64,000 nucleotides of DNA, taken from the NCBI GenBank assembly GCA_021782205.1, contig JAJXVH010000007.1, positions 5,514 to 69,513 of the forward strand. Direction: 5' to 3'. A program made the translations under genes and the position numbers. This DNA comes from a bacterium. GTDB lineage: Bacteria; Elusimicrobiota; Elusimicrobia; UBA1565; UBA9628. The notes under the pieces were generated by a model, which was not told the origin of the DNA, searched no databases, and was given only the letters and a program-made list of their open reading frames with translations. Below, piece after piece: positions 63,604-64,000 of the stretch. How positions within the stretch are numbered: position 1 is the first letter of the stretch; every line of letters begins with the position of its first letter.

Positions 63604-64000
63604 AGCACCTCCATGTATCCGCCGCCCCACGCCAGCCCCGCGCCCAGCACCGCGTAGACGATCTGGTCGCCCTTCTTGAACTTGTCCCAGTGCTGGGCGA
63701 TGACCGAGGGCGCGCCGGCGGCGGCGATGTTGCCTTGGCTTTGGACGTTGCGCAGGTGGCGCTCGGCGGGCAGGCGCAGGTGGCCTAAGATTGAGTCCTG
63801 CATCACGTAGTTGGCCTGGTGGCTGACGGTGTAGACATCCTCGGCGTAGAGCTGTTTGGCCGCGGCGATGGCTTCGAACATCTCGACGGTCTTGCGGATG
63901 GAGAACTCGCGCACGGCGGTGCCGTCTTGGCGAAAGAGGCCGCAGGTGTCCACGGTGATGGCTTCGGCGTCCTTGGGGCTGGTGCCGAAGACCATCGGCT
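63600..64000 (-). CDS. fabH: 3-oxoacyl-ACP synthase III (partial, runs off the window)
   Basis: HQAN, GNIAAA, GAGLAWG. Confidence 0.85.
   Translation of the reverse strand, partial: PMVFGTSPKDAEAITVDTCGLFRQDGTAVREFSIRKTVEMFEAIAAAKQLYAEDVYTVSHQANYVMQDSILGHLRLPAERHLRNVQSQGNIAAAGAPSVIAQHWDKFKKGDQIVYAVLGAGLAWGGGYMEVL

Noticed and set aside
1230-63679. Numerous Arg/Pro/Ala-rich overlapping ORFs (e.g. 1280-2245, 8009-9238, 15829-17046, 51762-53099)
   Set aside because: Antisense or alternate-frame shadows expected in high-GC DNA; no motifs
1-64000. Mobile elements, tRNA/rRNA, second precursor peptide
   Set aside because: No transposase, integrase, RNA gene pattern or other HxS-repeat ORF seen by eye; small RNAs or peptides could be missed

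Overview
GC-rich bacterial window; an Elusimicrobiota-like origin is an inference from gene content, not a search result. Left end (1.1-6 kb): two class-III PLP aminotransferases, an aldehyde dehydrogenase and a degenerate CysRS-like gene. The main feature is a ~48 kb locus (about 7.0-54.7 kb), almost all on the + strand, built around one His-Xaa-Ser repeat precursor (19046-19411; HTS + 8x HGS, ending CRGGWCNPRC). It carries 11 intact radical SAM domains plus one HxsB-like copy that has lost the CxxxCxxC motif, four HxsD-like genes, a SufS-type desulfurase, two borosin-like SAM methyltransferases, two flavin-dependent halogenases with PqqD/RRE-like C-terminal domains, two PhyH-type dioxygenases, an SDR, about 12 TPR/helical-repeat proteins (two fused to enzymes) and an A24 prepilin-peptidase-like gene. 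The precursor leader resembles a prepilin cleavage site (FLSSEEG|KVTKE, Glu at +5), suggesting a heavily modified RiPP processed by a prepilin-type peptidase. Right end (54.7-64 kb, - strand): an atypical type II fatty-acid/polyketide cluster (FabH, FabA didomain, FabG, FabZ, FabF, acyltransferase-PPTase fusion, FabD). All calls come from reading motifs; no database searches were run.
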